DNA of 64,000 nucleotides from the human T2T-CHM13v2.0 reference genome, Homo sapiens. Each line of letters begins with the position of its first letter. Position 1 is the stretch's first letter. Positions 61,176 to 64,000 of this stretch are shown here, one piece after another. Under the pieces are notes generated by a model. That model was not told where the DNA came from, did no database searches, and was given only the letters and a program-made list of their open reading frames with translations. A program made the position numbers and the translations under genes. The stretch is taken from the NCBI RefSeq assembly GCF_009914755.1, contig NC_060925.1; one strand, 5' to 3'.

Positions 61176-62559
61176 GTCCCAGCATCGCCTCTCTGACGTA
61201 CCCAGCATCCAGCATGTACTCTGTGTTCAATAAATACGCTGATAAATGCTGAGTAAAACAGAACTCAAACCCAGGTTTTCTGGATCTAATCTATTATTCT
61301 TTCCAGCCAGCATTCTGGTAAGAACATCATTTCCCCTCTCCTCTGTACCCAGAGGGAGCAGCTGTCCCAGAAATTGCAGTTACTCTCAAGATTTTTATTT
61401 TCAGCAGCTCTGATTTTTATGTTCAGGGACCACACTTAATTATTGCAAAACATCTGCTGGCACAAAGTGGCGTTTTGTTACTGAATCATTCCCAAGAACA
61501 TCCCATGAGCTCTTGTACTTGGAGACACAATTTCTGCAGGGGCCTGGGCCAGCAGAAATACCTCCTGTTTAAGAGGCAGCAGGGGAGACTTAGGGTTGAC
61601 TGGCTTTGAAAGCAACCACTAATTAGATTGTTCAGGGCTTAAAAAATGATAAGGCTTCTCAATATCAGACAGCGGTCCTTATCAGATATTTAATAACCTC
61701 TGCATGACTTTCCGTGAGCATCTCTGTGTGACGAGGTGTTTTTAGGGTGAGATTTTTTTTCCATGTCTATGGGGTTCCATAATGGCGATCATAACAGCTC
61801 ACACTTTACTGAGCCCTTTTTCTGTGCCAAGCAGCGTCCTTAGCACTCCTTGAACTTCATCACATTCAAAAAGGTCTCCTATTATCCATATGAATATACC
61901 TTATGATGGAGAAGTAATCTGGGTCAGCTAGAAGTTGTCTTTCCCAAGGCTGAGCCAGCTGGCAAATGTGTGACAGAATCTAAACCCAGACAGGCAGACC
62001 CCAAAGCCCCATTCTCAACATCCATCCTCTAAGGTCAAAGGTAACGGGGAAGCTGCTGCTCAAAACACAGCCGAGACACCATCCAGTTTGGACCTGGGAG
62101 GATTCCCACTGCAACTGTTGACTATAAGACTGAGTTTGATGTGAGGAGGAACTTCATGGCTAAGATTTGGAGACACTGGGTCCGAGTAAGATTGAAAGGC
62201 CTTGGAATGGTGGGTAGGGGCCTTCCAGATCCCGCCCCTGCCTTGCTCTGCAGCCCCCTCTTCCAACACATCCCCACACCCCAGGGCTGAGCCTGCTCCC
62301 TGAGCCTTGCTCCCTCCCAGGCCTCTTCCTTTGCTTCATGCACCTGCTGCTTTGTTTGGGCTGCACTTCCTCCCTCTTGGCCTTTGTCATTGGGTGCCCA
62401 GGTTTTTCTCTGTCCCCGCCTCCTCCGATGGTCCTGCACAATGCTTCCTTGGTGTCCCTTATGCCTTCCAGACCTCCCTGGCCAGGCCAGTGCCCTTCCA
62501 GGTCACCTCTTCTGGCATCCCACATTGCCCCCACAGAGCACTTCCAGCTGTCCTTTTGT

Positions 62560-62710
62560 ACCCATTTCTGGGATTTGATGGTCTCTCCTATCAGACTGTC
62601 AGCTCCATGAGGACAAGGACTGTGTCTGTTTCTCCTTATTGTATATCCCCAGCGTTCAGTGTACTGCCTGGCAAATAGTTCATGTTCAAAATATTTTTTG
62701 AATGAGTTGT
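62560..62710 (+). mobile_element. L2 3' end
   Basis: AGACTGTCAGCTCCATGAGGACAAGGAC...TGCCTGGCAAATAGT...TTGAATGA. Confidence 0.75.
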
Positions 62711-63429
62711 CTGAGTTATCTACTTGCTTGTGGGCTTCCTTACTAGACTATCAGGAAACAGCATCTGGCAGGTAGTAGTTGATGTGTTCAAATTGGGATT
62801 TTTAGTAAAGATACAGCTTACAAAGGCAGCGTCGGACTGCAGGAGTTATTATAACCCTCAGGCCTGAGCAGACCAGGAGAGGGAAGGGCTGCCTAGAAGG
62901 AGCTGCGGCCTGGAGAGAGCAGAGGAACGAATACCCCAACCTCATCAGCCACTCATTCTTTGACTTCTCTATGTGCCTCCCATTGACTGAGCCCACAGGG
63001 CAGCTAGAGGTCAAGGGGGTTCAAGGATGCAGTTCCCACTGGCTGCCTCTTGGGGCGTTTCAGGGGCAAGGTCGTCTATCCAGTACTGTGTGTTAAATAG
63101 GTATACAAAGGAAGGAATCGCCTTCCCAAAAGATGTGATAGTGTTGCAGTTCTCGGGAAACTGTCAAAGGAGAAGATAGAACGGGATGTTTCTGGTCTTG
63201 TTGGGAAATGACCCTGCCTGGAGTCCATGGGATTCCTCTTCCTTTCAGCCTTTTTTCTTTGGCTAATACCCAGCCCTGTATTAAGGATTTGGAATTTGCA
63301 GGCGATACCATTGCATTGTCAGGTAGAGATTCTTTGAGCAAAGACTTTAGAGAGGAGACACTGTGGGTGTGCCCAGTGCACAGTGTTGGGGGTCAGCATG
63401 TTTGAGTGAACATCCTGGCTCCCGGAGAG

Positions 63430-63620
63430 GCAGCAAGGCATAGTGTGGTAAGGGACATGGGACCTGGAGTTAGCCTATCCAAGTTCAAATCCTGGATCTG
63501 GATCTACCACTTCACAGCTGTGTGGCTTGACTTTCCCATCTGTGAAATGGGGATAAGGGTAGATGAGGATAAGACGAGCTAGTCCACGCAAAGCACTTAG
63601 ACCCATGCCTGGCTCATGGT
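63430..63620 (+). mobile_element. MIR
   Basis: GTTCAAATCCTGG...CCCATCTGTGAAATGGGGATAA. Confidence 0.7.
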
Positions 63621-64000
63621 TCGGGGACCACACTTCCTGGTGAGCTCAGGATGGCCCCAAAGTATGCCTGTCATCCCAGAAGAATTATTACTAATGTCCC
63701 CTTTATTCTCAAAAGGGTTCTGGTTTGGAGATGACTCACGTGGTCTTACACACTGTAGGGTGTTGTTATGTCTTGCTGAATATTTGGACAAGCCACTTCA
63801 CTGCTTAGAATCTTAGCTCTAAAATGGAGATAATAATAATAATAATAATAATATCTGCTCTTCTGGGTTGATTTGGGATGATAGGATGAAACAGAATGGC
63901 CAGCACAGGGTTGCTGTCCATGATGATCATGCTCTTTGTGTTTCTCTAAGTCCAGGCAAGCCATACAGACATAGATGGATTCCCACCCCCTTACCACCCA

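Overview
Human genomic DNA: AluYb8-type and AluYa5-lineage insertions are present. It is non-coding as far as I can tell. There is one CpG island (~5030-5530, probable promoter/first exon), followed by ~58 kb of intron-like or intergenic sequence dense in interspersed repeats (Alu, L1, L2, MIR, MaLR/ERV LTRs, Tigger/MER DNA transposons). I find no supportable protein-coding exon and cannot name the gene. The most unusual signal is a set of 5-6 short (43-214 bp) copies of sequence lying 0.8-2.8 kb away. Most sit inside transposon copies, carry repair-type junctions, and differ widely in apparent age. Also notable are a ~1.5 kb MST-LTR/Alu quasi-palindrome built by two independent Alu insertions at the homologous site, an AT-rich palindrome split by an L1, and an inverted, truncated MST provirus. 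Repeat subfamily calls come from recalled consensus sequences and boundaries of old repeats are approximate.
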